From IMG/VR virus record IMGVR_UViG_3300036846_000488, positions 17,257 to 81,256 of that record: a stretch of DNA of 64,000 nt; one strand, written 5' to 3'. Positions within the stretch are counted from its first letter, which is position 1. Each line of letters starts with the position of its first letter. Positions 8,357 to 17,079 of the stretch are shown here, piece after piece. Below the pieces are notes generated by a model that worked only from the letters and a program-made list of their open reading frames with translations, had not been told where the DNA came from and made no database searches. The stretch is from a virus. The position numbers were made by a program, and so were the translations under genes.

Positions 8357-10266
8357 CAGGTGATCCTGACCGAGACCGTGGGATGGAACTGCAGGCTGGT
8401 GCTGGTCACGCCCACCCCGACCCGCTGCACCAGGTAGCCGATCGTGGTCGGTGGCCGACTGACCACCTGCCCGGCGTTGCCCAGCCACTGGGTACCGGGG
8501 GACAGGTTGCTCATCAGGGCGTTGTCACCGACGTGGTACACGCTCACCAGAGCCCCGCTGGACACCGTGTCCAGGACGAACCCACTGGCTCCCTGGCGCA
8601 GGCTGGCCGAGGCCTGGCGGACGGCGTAGACCCCGTTGTTGTTCCAGACGTTCACGATGTTGCCGGCGGTCAGGTTCTCGGTGGCGGTCAGGACGGTGGT
8701 CTGCCACTTGTCGGTGGCGATCGTGTTGTCCTGGATCGACACCTCGGCGTCCAGCTGTCCGATCAGCTTGGCCACGTCGATGAAGTACAGGGTGTCCTCG
8801 GTGAAGTACTTCCGGATCCAGGTCCCGTTGCGCAGCTCCCAGATCTCCTGGATCTTGTCGCCGACCAGCTGTGAGGTGGAGTTCTCCGGGTCCCCGTCCC
8901 AGGAGCCGTCGAAGGAGTCGCCGTCGAAGTACCGGCCCAGGTCCGGCTCCCGCTCGACCAGCAGCGCTCCGGTGTGCCAGACATCTCCGGCGTTGGGGTT
9001 GGTCTCGCGCACGTAGAAGGAGACCGCTCCGGGCGGGGCGGTCCCGGTCACCAACAGCCGGGGCTCCGCGATGGTGCCCAGGACGCTGGGATCGAAGGCG
9101 TTGAGCACCATCTGGTAGGGATCGCTGGTGCTAGTTCCGATCTGGGTGCCGGTGCCGTCGAACCAGTAGATCTCCAGGATCAGCCCGGCTCCGCTGCCAC
9201 TGATCAGCTCGGCGTAGACCGAGGCGGTCCAGACATCGCCCTCCGCGCAGGCGGCCTGCACGTTCTGTCCCCAGGCCGCCCAGTACGGCGCAGTGCCCGA
9301 GGCGGTCACCTTCAGGGTCCAGTCCCCGGACGGCACGTACAGGGCGGAGTCCCGGACCGCCACCACCCCGGGTGCGTAGGTCCAGTCGGCATCGTTGACC
9401 TCGAACGAGGGGTTGGTGCAGACGTTGTTGCGAGGTCGGGTCCGGGTGAACCAGATCGAGCCGTTCACCCGTGGGATCAGGGTCTCGGTGGTCTCCCCGG
9501 TGATCGGGTCGATCCGGTCCGCCAGGTAGGTCAGGTCGTCGTCGCCGGGCTCGTAGTCGCTCATCGAGACCCGACCATCGGCGGTGTCCGCGGAGTTGTT
9601 GGCGCTCTGGGCCAGGTAGGACAGCTGGCTCACCGTGACATTCATGGCGTCGAGCGCGAGCGCGTTGTTGCCGATCGCATCGGCGTTGTTGTCCGCGGTG
9701 TTCTGCGCCCTGACCACGCCCAGGTCCTGGACCAGCACCCAGCCGGTGTCCCCGATATCCGAGGAGCCCGCCACCGCGGACCGGTACATCGTGTTGGCCG
9801 GGTTGGAGGTGTCGGAGTCGGCGTCGTAGATCAACTCGGTGTTGTACCAGATGTCCCCGATCGAGCTCGAAACCGGAGGGGTGTCCTGGTGGAAGGTCTT
9901 GATCCCGCCCGCCGAGGGCTGCCAGCTCGTACCGTCCCAGACGTAGGGCTTGAAGTCGTCGTCGTCGTCGAACCAGATGTCGCCCTCGGAGAAGACCACA
10001 GCGGGTGGGTTCTCGACCGGCTCGTCCGGACCGACGTAGGTGAGCTTGCCGGCCACTCCGCCAGCCACGTCCTGCCAGGCGTCGGCCACGCCGTTGAAGA
10101 TCTGCAGGATGCCGATGTCCATCCGGAAGATCAGCTGTCCAGGCCAGGCCGCCTCCACCAGATCTGCGGTGGGTGTGCTCGGGTCTACATCGAAGATCTG
10201 GACATAGGTGGACTCGACCGGCACCCGCTGACCCATACGTGGCGACTGGGCCTGGTCGAACACCAT
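8356..10266 (-). CDS. Minor tail protein with a carbohydrate-binding-like domain
   Basis: P....GDIW repeats, short coiled coil, N...NPSFE...W CBM-like domain, YFDGD motif. Confidence 0.78.
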   Translation of the reverse strand: MVFDQAQSPRMGQRVPVESTYVQIFDVDPSTPTADLVEAAWPGQLIFRMDIGILQIFNGVADAWQDVAGGVAGKLTYVGPDEPVENPPAVVFSEGDIWFDDDDDFKPYVWDGTSWQPSAGGIKTFHQDTPPVSSSIGDIWYNTELIYDADSDTSNPANTMYRSAVAGSSDIGDTGWVLVQDLGVVRAQNTADNNADAIGNNALALDAMNVTVSQLSYLAQSANNSADTADGRVSMSDYEPGDDDLTYLADRIDPITGETTETLIPRVNGSIWFTRTRPRNNVCTNPSFEVNDADWTYAPGVVAVRDSALYVPSGDWTLKVTASGTAPYWAAWGQNVQAACAEGDVWTASVYAELISGSGAGLILEIYWFDGTGTQIGTSTSDPYQMVLNAFDPSVLGTIAEPRLLVTGTAPPGAVSFYVRETNPNAGDVWHTGALLVEREPDLGRYFDGDSFDGSWDGDPENSTSQLVGDKIQEIWELRNGTWIRKYFTEDTLYFIDVAKLIGQLDAEVSIQDNTIATDKWQTTVLTATENLTAGNIVNVWNNNGVYAVRQASASLRQGASGFVLDTVSSGALVSVYHVGDNALMSNLSPGTQWLGNAGQVVSRPPTTIGYLVQRVGVGVTSTSLQFHPTVSVRIT

Positions 10267-10275
10267 GTGCTGAGA

Positions 10276-10956
10276 CTAGTGGGGTAGCAGGTCGCCGTAC
10301 TTGGTGAAGCCGCTGTTCGCGGTCCCCGAAGGTCCGGGAGGCCCAGCCGCACCGGTAGCACCGATCGACCCCTGCGGACCGGTCAGACCGACTGGTCCGG
10401 GCGGACCGGAGCCGACCCGGGTCACGTTCAGCGCACCCAGACTGATCGCCGTGGCCGCGCCCGCGCGCACGAACACGTTGACCACCTCGCCACCGACAGC
10501 ACGGTAGGGATAGGCCAGGTCGATGTAGAAGGGCGCACCAGGCACCGACTGCCGAGTGGAGCGCACGATGGTCACTCCACCGGTGGCGAACCAGAGCTCC
10601 CGAGAGCCGGCAGCAGCATCGTCGAACCGTAGCCAGCACGACAGCAGGTAGTCACCAGCCGCGGTCAGAGTGATGTTCGATGTCGATGTGAAGCAGCTCA
10701 GATCGTCATAGGAGACAGAGCCGAAGGCCATCGTGGTGTCCGTGGTGGCCGCGATCGGGTTGTTCGTGCCCACCGTGGTCTTGCCCATCAGCTGCAGGAT
10801 CTGCCCCATCTCGCCCTGCTCACCGACCGGACCCTGAGGACCGTCGATGCCCTGGGGGCCAGCGACACCGGTCGGGCCCTGAGGTCCGATCCCCTGCAGC
10901 ACTCCGGTGCGAACCTGGATCGCACCACCGTTGACCAGCCGAACCACGTTGCTCAT
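10276..10956 (-). CDS. Collagen-repeat tail fibre protein with a central C1q-like domain
   Basis: Start MSNVVRL at 10956; two Gly-X-Y runs flanking AGDYLLS.W.RF. Confidence 0.8.
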   Translation of the reverse strand: MSNVVRLVNGGAIQVRTGVLQGIGPQGPTGVAGPQGIDGPQGPVGEQGEMGQILQLMGKTTVGTNNPIAATTDTTMAFGSVSYDDLSCFTSTSNITLTAAGDYLLSCWLRFDDAAAGSRELWFATGGVTIVRSTRQSVPGAPFYIDLAYPYRAVGGEVVNVFVRAGAATAISLGALNVTRVGSGPPGPVGLTGPQGSIGATGAAGPPGPSGTANSGFTKYGDLLPH

Positions 10957-11339
10957 AGCACTGTCACTCTCTGGTTGACCGTGCACTCGCCACGGATCAG
11001 CCGTTGGACCTGGTTGCCGGCGTACTCGTTGCCGTCGTTGACGGTGATGAACAGGTCGTACTTGTAGACCCCGGGCACCAGCGCACCGGTCACGTCGTCC
11101 TCGATGTGCAGTTGGATCAGCCCCTCCTCCGAGGACAGAGAGATCTCCGGGATCGTGCCATCGGGTACCTCGGTGTCCGGTGTCTGCAGGGAGAGCTGGG
11201 TACCACCGGTGGCGCTCTTGATGTCTAGTCGACAGGGCGCGATCACGTTGTAGGGCTGGTCCAGGTCATCGGTGTAGATGATCGTGGTGGTCCAGTCCTC
11301 GCCCTGGTCGATGTCCAGCGGAACGTACGCAGCTCCCAT
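10953..11339 (-). CDS. Ig-like fibre attachment/adaptor protein (BppU N-terminal-like)
   Basis: IDQGEDW...G.I.L.I....T..L..G.Y.YDL...RLI.G...V pattern. Confidence 0.65.
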   Translation of the reverse strand: MGAAYVPLDIDQGEDWTTTIIYTDDLDQPYNVIAPCRLDIKSATGGTQLSLQTPDTEVPDGTIPEISLSSEEGLIQLHIEDDVTGALVPGVYKYDLFITVNDGNEYAGNQVQRLIRGECTVNQRVTVL

Positions 11340-11351
11340 GCCCTCAGTCTC

Positions 11352-11837
11352 CTAGTCCTGTCCCGTCGCCGTTGCGCCAGTGGCCTTCAGGGCCGCGATG
11401 TAGTCCTCTTCCCGCTCCCCCATCACCAGCACCAGGTTCTTCTGCACGATCGGGTCGACCTGCTCCAGGCCGGCGATCTTGGCCCGGGCCGAGATGATCT
11501 TGACCGCTGAGTCCACGCTCTTCGGGTCGCCCATCATCGCCGAGGGCCAGACCGCGCTCTGCAGGGCATCGAGCCGAGTGATCTCCAGGAACAGCATCGA
11601 CTGCCGGTCCAGGCTGCTCAGGTAGCTGGCGTCGTAGGCGTAGCGCTCCATGATCATCCGGATCACTTCGTCGGAGCCGCCGATCCCCAGCTCCTTGCCG
11701 ATCTCAGTTGGCGACATCCCGCCGATCCGCAGCTGGTAGGCCTTGTTCGCTAGCTCCCACGTCTCGGCCTTGGATGGGGATCGCTTCCCGCGCCTGACCA
11801 CCGCCTTGCGGGAGTCGATAGGTGTCACCTCGTCCAT
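11352..11837 (-). CDS. HTH protein, probable terminase small subunit
   Basis: AYQLRIGGMSPTEIGKELGI HTH, RLD.L...W..A..GD..A....R.K..GL; heads the structural block; GGAGG RBS. Confidence 0.6.
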   Translation of the reverse strand: MDEVTPIDSRKAVVRRGKRSPSKAETWELANKAYQLRIGGMSPTEIGKELGIGGSDEVIRMIMERYAYDASYLSSLDRQSMLFLEITRLDALQSAVWPSAMMGDPKSVDSAVKIISARAKIAGLEQVDPIVQKNLVLVMGEREEDYIAALKATGATATGQD

Positions 11838-12291
11838 GACGGAAGTCCTCCACTACCTCTGAGACCGTGGTCTCGCCATTGTCCACCATCTTGAAGATCC
11901 GCCGTCGCACCCGCCCGCTGGTGCTGGCCCAGACCCCGTACTCCTCGCGCGTGGACAGCGCCCAGGTCAGGCACTCGATGTAGACCGGACAGACATCGCA
12001 GAGCTTCGAGGCGGCGCGCACCTGTCGGATCGACATGGTGGGCTGCTCGTCCTCATCCCCGAAGTAGTAGTTGACCCCTACCCCGGCGCAGTGTGCTTGA
12101 CGCTGCCACTCGGGATAGAGGTCGTCGATACCGTACGAAACCCAGCGCTCTGAGTCTTCATCCTTCAGGACCTGGCCGGTCGCACTCAGCCAGGCGTCCA
12201 GGCTGAAGGCCCGTTCCTCACGGCTCCAGCTGGAGGTTCCTGGCTCGCTCGGAGATCTGGCGTCCGTAGAGGGAGATGCAGCAGGCGTCAT
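11704..12291 (-). CDS. whiB: WhiB family transcriptional regulator
   Basis: W...A.C...F...C..CPV...CL..AL...E.YGVW; four Cys conserved; start chosen at the ATG with an AGGA RBS. Confidence 0.9.
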   Translation of the reverse strand: MTPAASPSTDARSPSEPGTSSWSREERAFSLDAWLSATGQVLKDEDSERWVSYGIDDLYPEWQRQAHCAGVGVNYYFGDEDEQPTMSIRQVRAASKLCDVCPVYIECLTWALSTREEYGVWASTSGRVRRRIFKMVDNGETTVSEVVEDFRHGRGDTYRLPQGGGQAREAIPIQGRDVGASEQGLPAADRRDVAN

Positions 12292-12709
12292 AGAGGTCCT
12301 GGTCATCCCCACACAGCGGAGCATACGCACCGTGAGTCACATGGATGTAGTCCCTGACCGAATCTTTGGTCGCGTTCCCGTTCCCGACGACCTCGCGCTT
12401 CCAGGTCTTGTTGTTCACCAGACGCACGTCGCTGTACAGGGCCAGCGCGGCCATCACCGCGCCACGCACCTCGGTCAGCTGCAGGGAGTACTTCTGGTTG
12501 TTGCCCACCACGGTGTCCTCGATCCACACCTGGTCGACCTTGTGCATGAGCGCCACATCGTGCACGTAGGAGCTGATCTCCAGCAGCTGCAGTGCCCTCC
12601 CTGCGACCGACTTCTCCAGATTGAGCACATGGGTAAGGCCGCGATCCTCGCCATCCAGCACGAAGACCGCGGCCTTGCGGATGCCGAGATCGACACCCAT
12701 CACGCTCAT
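12218..12709 (-). CDS. ruvC: RuvC-like Holliday junction resolvase
   Basis: MGVDLG, VWIE, WK..V.GNGNATK, D..DA. Confidence 0.9.
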   Translation of the reverse strand: MSVMGVDLGIRKAAVFVLDGEDRGLTHVLNLEKSVAGRALQLLEISSYVHDVALMHKVDQVWIEDTVVGNNQKYSLQLTEVRGAVMAALALYSDVRLVNNKTWKREVVGNGNATKDSVRDYIHVTHGAYAPLCGDDQDLYDACCISLYGRQISERARNLQLEP

Positions 12710-12718
12710 GCCATGAGC

Positions 12719-13171
12719 CTACGACAGCGGGTTCACCTGAGGCTCGTCGCTGGGCAGGTCGCCGGGCAGCGTGTTGTCCACATGCGGGTCGTTCGGGTCA
12801 GCCGGCACCTCGACCACGGGCGGGTCGACCGGCGGAGCGTCGGGGTCGACCGGTGTGCTCGGGTCAGTGCCGAGAGCGTTGAGGCGGTCCACCTCAGCCC
12901 GGATGTTGGCGACCGCGGTGTTGGCATCGGCAGCAGCTGCAGCCGCGTCCGCGTCGTCAGCCTGGGCAGCTGCGAGGGCATCCTCCAGAGCTGCGATCTC
13001 CGGGAGCAGACGCTGGGCCACCCCGTCGACTGCGCCCCGCAGCTCGTCTACTGATGCACTGAGATCCGACATCTTCTTCTCCATCGTGGTGAGTTTGGGT
13101 AGGACGACGTACAACAGCAGCTGGCGTTCGGTGAGCTCATCCAGTGGGATCGAGACCTTCTTGACTGCCAT
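12719..13171 (-). CDS. Hypothetical coiled-coil protein with a Pro/Asp-rich tail
   Basis: Ala-rich heptads then PVDP repeats; GGAG RBS. Confidence 0.7.
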   Translation of the reverse strand: MAVKKVSIPLDELTERQLLLYVVLPKLTTMEKKMSDLSASVDELRGAVDGVAQRLLPEIAALEDALAAAQADDADAAAAAADANTAVANIRAEVDRLNALGTDPSTPVDPDAPPVDPPVVEVPADPNDPHVDNTLPGDLPSDEPQVNPLS

Positions 13172-13204
13172 GACTCCATCATGCGGGTGGCGGCTAGTCG
13201 GTCC

Positions 13205-13318
13205 TCACTTCTTCCTGTTCGCTTCCTTCAGCTCGTCGGCGATCTCCTCCAGCGCCTGGATCAGATGATCGAACCGCTCCAGGAACAGGTTCACCGCCTC
13301 GCTGATGTAGTCGCTCAT
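13205..13318 (-). CDS. Small helical protein (37 aa)
   Basis: Manual: MSDYISEAVNLFLERFDHLIQALEEIADELKEANRKK; ATGA overlap. Confidence 0.6.
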   Translation of the reverse strand: MSDYISEAVNLFLERFDHLIQALEEIADELKEANRKK

Positions 13319-13395
13319 CTACGGGTCCGACTTGTCAGCACCCAGACCAGCAGGGCCACCACCAGCAGGATCACGATGATCCACAACGGGCTCAT
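13315..13395 (-). CDS. Single-pass membrane peptide (26 aa)
   Basis: Manual: MSPLWIIVILLVVALLVWVLTSRTRR; ATGA overlaps at both ends. Confidence 0.65.
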   Translation of the reverse strand: MSPLWIIVILLVVALLVWVLTSRTRR

Positions 13396-13484
13396 CTGAC
13401 GCGCCCCCGCAGGGGCAGCGCCAGCAGCAGGATGATGATCAGCAGCTCGATCACGACGATCCACTGGAACACGTCTCTACTCAT
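13392..13484 (-). CDS. Single-pass membrane peptide (30 aa)
   Basis: Manual: MSRDVFQWIVVIELLIILLLALPLRGRVR. Confidence 0.62.
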   Translation of the reverse strand: MSRDVFQWIVVIELLIIILLLALPLRGRVR

Positions 13485-13502
13485 GAGCGCACCGTACCCC
13501 GA

Positions 13503-13601
13503 TCAGGACATGGCCAGCACGATGCACACGCTCACGATGGCAGCAGTCACTGTCCCCACAACGACTGCTGCGAACAGGATCAGCCAGTCCGTCCGGTCCA
13601 C
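13503..13601 (-). CDS. Single-pass membrane peptide (32 aa)
   Basis: Manual: MDRTDWLILFAAVVVGTVTAAIVSVCIVLAMS; GTG directly after the upstream TGA. Confidence 0.6.
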   Translation of the reverse strand: MDRTDWLILFAAVVVGTVTAAIVSVCIVLAMS

Positions 13602-14567
13602 TCAGAGCACTTCCCCGCCGGCAGTGCCCGTGACCCTGGTCAGGTCGTAGAGCTCGTCGTCCATGTAGTCCCCGAACCCCCACCACTCGGGGCCACTGAA
13701 GCTGTCTCCACTGGCCTTGCCGTCGTTGTCCGTGTCGGGCTTCTCCGCAACGTCACTGAACCGGAAGGTCTCGTTGTAGGGCCGGTGATCGCTGCTCACC
13801 ACTCGGCTCATCAGGTTGGGACCATCGGTGAGCTTCACACCGCGGTACAGCGTCCCGTCGATGATCCGATCGTGGTAGCCCTTCCCCGGACTCCCAGCAG
13901 GCGCTGTGGGCCCGCCATGGAGGCTTCCTCCAGCGGTGGGCATCTTCCGCCAGGCGATGATGTACTGCTTGCCCCAGCGCTGCTTCAGCAGGTCTCGGAA
14001 CCACTGGTCCTTCAGGTTCACGTTCCAGTCCGCCACGATCAGCGTGGCATCCACATGCTGCTTGCGCTCCATGTCCGCCACATGGGTGTGCCAGTTGGTC
14101 AGTGCAGTCAGGTAGGCGTTCTTCCGGGCCGCCCAGCCCTCACCTGTGGTGCGGAACCCGCCCACGCCCTCGATGTGGGCAGGAGGGTGACTCACACTCA
14201 CCAGCAGCTTGTGGCCCGAGCTCTTGTGCACCAGCACCACCGTGGCTGCCCAGATGTAGAGGTTCTGCCGTCCGTTCAGCCGGTCGAAGGTGTTCGAGCT
14301 CAGCCTCAGCACCAGACCGTTCTTGCGCTTCCAGGTATCGGTACGCCAGCAGATCCCGGTGTTGTCTGCATCCCGACTCTTCTTGGCGTTGTAGTAGGCC
14401 CAGCCCTTCTCGGCCATCGTGGCAGCCCGGTTGTCGTTGGTGATCTCGGTCAGGGTGATCAGCGAGCTCTGATCCATCCAGTCATCGAGGTCGGCCTCCA
14501 GGGACGCTGCTGAGCGGTCGAACCGCGACGAGCAGTGGATGTGGTGGAACGTGGGCAGGTTGGCCAT
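13602..14567 (-). CDS. Endonuclease/exonuclease/phosphatase (EEP) family protein
   Basis: LITLTE, SVSH, IVADWN, RIIDG, SDHRP motifs. Confidence 0.82.
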   Translation of the reverse strand: MANLPTFHHIHCSSRFDRSAASLEADLDDWMDQSSLITLTEITNDNRAATMAEKGWAYYNAKKSRDADNTGICWRTDTWKRKNGLVLRLSSNTFDRLNGRQNLYIWAATVVLVHKSSGHKLLVSVSHPPAHIEGVGGFRTTGEGWAARKNAYLTALTNWHTHVADMERKQHVDATLIVADWNVNLKDQWFRDLLKQRWGKQYIIAWRKMPTAGGSLHGGPTAPAGSPGKGYHDRIIDGTLYRGVKLTDGPNLMSRVVSSDHRPYNETFRFSDVAEKPDTDNDGKASGDSFSGPEWWGFGDYMDDELYDLTRVTGTAGGEVL

Positions 14568-14589
14568 GAGCTCATCGTTCCACCATGCG

Positions 14590-15414
14590 CTACGCGGGCA
14601 TCACAATCGGCGATGGATCCGGCGGGATGATCGCACCAGTAGCAGGACCGGTGTCGGGTAGCCCGTACTTCGTCATCAGGTAGCCGTTGACCTGGGCCAG
14701 CTCGGGATCGGTCAGCTCACGGTCGTAGATCACCAGCTCGGCCACCTCGCCGTCCACGGTCTCGGAGGAGTTCACCGGGTCGTAGCCACTCAGCGCATAG
14801 GTGCCACCTACCCCGCCGCCATTGGCGAAGGTGCCCTTCACCACCCCGTCCACCAGCGCGGTGGTGAGAAAACCGGGAGTCGAGTGACCGGTCATCCCAT
14901 AGACCTTCCACGGCGACGGCATGGTCCAGGTCACCGAGTCCTGGAACACCCAGCCGTTGTCGTAGAACAGATCGGCGTCGGCAGACTCGTGAATGCCGAC
15001 CAGGAAGTTCGGTGGTGGGTAGATCGAGGTGAACAGCCGACCAGTGTTGGTGGTGCCGGACAGATGCCCGACGTAGAGGATCGTGTAGTCGAAGGTGAGC
15101 CCGGTGCCAGTAGCCCGAGTTCTTCCCTGGCTGACCACGTAGCGAACCACTGGATGCCCGTTCAAGACGTTCGGCACCATCACTGGGGAGGGTGCTCCAG
15201 CCGTCCAACCCACCGTCAGCCCATGGTTCCCGGCTCCCGACAGATCGTTCCACTGGACAGTCAGATCCCCTGCGTGAGCAGGATCCAGCCAGACCACCAG
15301 CCCAGGGATCTTGTCCGGGCCGAAGGGTGAGTAGATCTTGTCTCCATCCAGGTAGACAGCATCCACCGCCTGGTCGCCCAGATAGACCGCATCGGCGGTG
15401 TTCAGCAGTGGCAT
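14590..15414 (-). CDS. LamG/concanavalin-like receptor-binding tail protein (274 aa)
   Basis: Start MPLLNTADAVYLGDQAVDAVYLDGDKIY; L..WLD...W.DLSG.GNH; G.VAEL.IYDR.L...E...V..YL..KY. Confidence 0.8.
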   Translation of the reverse strand: MPLLNTADAVYLGDQAVDAVYLDGDKIYSPFGPDKIPGLVVWLDPAHAGDLTVQWNDLSGAGNHGLTVGWTAGAPSPVMVPNVLNGHPVVRYVVSQGRTRATGTGLTFDYTILYVGHLSGTTNTGRLFTSIYPPPNFLVGIHESADADLFYDNGWVFQDSVTWTMPSPWKVYGMTGHSTPGFLTTALVDGVVKGTFANGGGVGGTYALSGYDPVNSSETVDGEVAELVIYDRELTDPELAQVNGYLMTKYGLPDTGPATGAIIPPDPSPIVMPA

Positions 15415-15695
15415 CAGCCGACGACCACGTAGAGCACCGTTGGATCGGGTGGAGCGAGCGCGTCGTACTCGGCCTGAGTGAGCTGAGTCCACTGCCCCTC
15501 AGGACCAACAGGCCCTGGCGGTCCAACCGGCCCCGGTCGCCCAGGCACACCCACTGAGACCGCCGGCGGATCAGCATTCACCGTCAGCAGTGGAGCAGCG
15601 GTGTTCACCTCGATCGTGATCCCAGCATCACTGATCGAGACCGGTGGAGCCTGAGTACCCAGATCCACGGTCACCGTCTGGGCGTAGCTAGGCAT
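15414..15695 (-). CDS. Short collagen-containing fibre connector (93 aa)
   Basis: Start MPSYAQ at 15695; Gly-X-Y run then LTQAEYDAL...DP.VLYVV. Confidence 0.75.
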   Translation of the reverse strand: MPSYAQTVTVDLGTQAPPVSISDAGITIEVNTAAPLLTVNADPPAVSVGVPGRPGPVGPPGPVGPEGQWTQLTQAEYDALAPPDPTVLYVVVG

Positions 15696-16056
15696 GGGTG
15701 ATGTCCTGCTCGGCCATGAAGGTGCCCTCGATGATGGTCCAGGGATCTGCTCCCGACCCATCATCGATCTCCAGGTCCCAGACGCCCTTCTGATCCACGT
15801 TCCCAGCCAACCAGGTCTCCACGTCAGCTCCTGGCCAACGCACATCGACCTTCCCCGCGGTGGCATCGGTGATCGTGCACACCGCATCCAGAGCGGTCGT
15901 GTCCTCGGCAGTGACCCTGGCCTCGGCAGCGATCGTGTAGCCGGTCAGGTCCATCGGCTGGCCCGAGGCCCTCAGCACCAGGGAGAACAGGTTCCGATCC
16001 CCTGATCGCACTCCGGAGAGGTTGACAACGGCTGGGCCCAGATCGATATCTGCCAT
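15688..16056 (-). CDS. Ig-like fibre attachment/adaptor protein (BppU N-terminal-like)
   Basis: GD......P.DLTGYT..AE.R....ITDA..G.V....GVWDLE....T..EG. Confidence 0.7.
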   Translation of the reverse strand: MADIDLGPAVVNLSGVRSGDRNLFSLVLRASGQPMDLTGYTIAAEARVTAEDTTALDAVCTITDATAGKVDVRWPGADVETWLAGNVDQKGVWDLEIDDGSGADPWTIIEGTFMAEQDITHA

Positions 16057-16083
16057 GAACTGATCATCTCAGGTCTGGCCAGA

Positions 16084-16260
16084 CTAGGGCTGGCCACCTT
16101 TCTTCTTGATCGTGTAGGTGTTCTTCGGATCCACCACCCAGCGCGTCATGTTGGTGAACCACTCGTTGCGACTGATCCCGAGGCTGTCAGCCCGAGCGTC
16201 TACCTGCTTCAAGAGGTCCTCGGGGAGCCTGAGGTTGAACGCGGTCTTGGTATCACTCAT
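16084..16260 (-). CDS. Ribbon-helix-helix (Arc/CopG-like) DNA-binding protein (58 aa)
   Basis: Manual, below the track cutoff: MSDTKTAFNLRLPEDLLKQVDARADSLGISRNEWF...; classic F.LRLP..L...A...G.S.N. Confidence 0.85.
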   Translation of the reverse strand: MSDTKTAFNLRLPEDLLKQVDARADSLGISRNEWFTNMTRWVVDPKNTYTIKKKGGQP

Positions 16261-16287
16261 GTGGTATCAGTACCACAAGTGGTATCA
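16248..16287. promoter_or_regulatory. Putative RHH operator cluster
   Basis: TGGTATCA at 16248, 16262 and 16280, plus inverted repeat TGTGGTA-TCAG-TACCACA, over the RHH start codon. Confidence 0.7.
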
Positions 16288-17079
16288 CTTCGGAGCAGCC
16301 TTCTTGGCAGGAGCTCGCTCGGTGATCTCGTAGACCGCATCCAGCAGGTAGTGGTCGGAGTTCAGGAAGAACTCCTTGTCGTCCAGCACGTTGTAGCTCT
16401 TCGCCTTGACCCGCCCGTCGTGGTCATAGGAAGCGATCACGTCGATGTACGTGGTGGTCCCCACCGTGGCCGGCCACTTCTTCAGCTCGTCCGCGATCGT
16501 GGTCAGGGGCTTGGTGTTGAACACGTCCGAGCGCCTGTCGTTGGTGTTGGTGTCAGCGCCCAGGAACACGATGGAGTTCCCCTTGCCCTTGGCCTGCGCC
16601 CAGTTCGCGATCCCGTTGATCAAGGGCTGGTTCGAGCCTGAGACCGCCATCGAGCGCTTGGTCAGGTAGTGCGCCGAGCCGATCGTGATCCTGCCCAGGC
16701 GGTGCTCCTTGGCCGTCCCTGAGGCCCAGGCCACGCCTCGTGGAGCGTGTGCCCCACCCGCGACTCCCACTCCCGTCGTGCCCTTGATGAACGGTCCTGC
16801 ATAGCCCTTCGCGAAGCTCCCGAGGAACTTCTTGTTGAGCGCTACCCACTCCCCCAGCGTGCTGGCGTTGATGTAGAACCCATGCTCTCCCGCCTCCTTG
16901 ATCAGAGCATCACGCAGGTCATGGTTCTTCTTCCCGCCGCCCGCCTCGGTCCCCGACATCAGCCAGACATCCTTGTCCTGGGCCCGATCGAAGATCTTCT
17001 TCGCGTCCCGCTGGTGCTGCAGCACACTGTCGCTGAACTGCATCGAGGTGTGCTGGATCCGGACGTTGATCCTGGCCAT
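16285..17079 (-). CDS. Endonuclease/exonuclease/phosphatase (EEP) family protein, second paralogue
   Basis: MSGTE, GSAH, LGADTN, YIDVI, SDHY motifs. Confidence 0.8.
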   Translation of the reverse strand: MARINVRIQHTSMQFSDSVLQHQRDAKKIFDRAQDKDVWLMSGTEAGGGKKNHDLRDALIKEAGEHGFYINASTLGEWVALNKKFLGSFAKGYAGPFIKGTTGVGVAGGAHAPRGVAWASGTAKEHRLGRITIGSAHYLTKRSMAVSGSNQPLINGIANWAQAKGKGNSIVFLGADTNTNDRRSDVFNTKPLTTIADELKKWPATVGTTTYIDVIASYDHDGRVKAKSYNVLDDKEFFLNSDHYLLDAVYEITERAPAKKAAPK

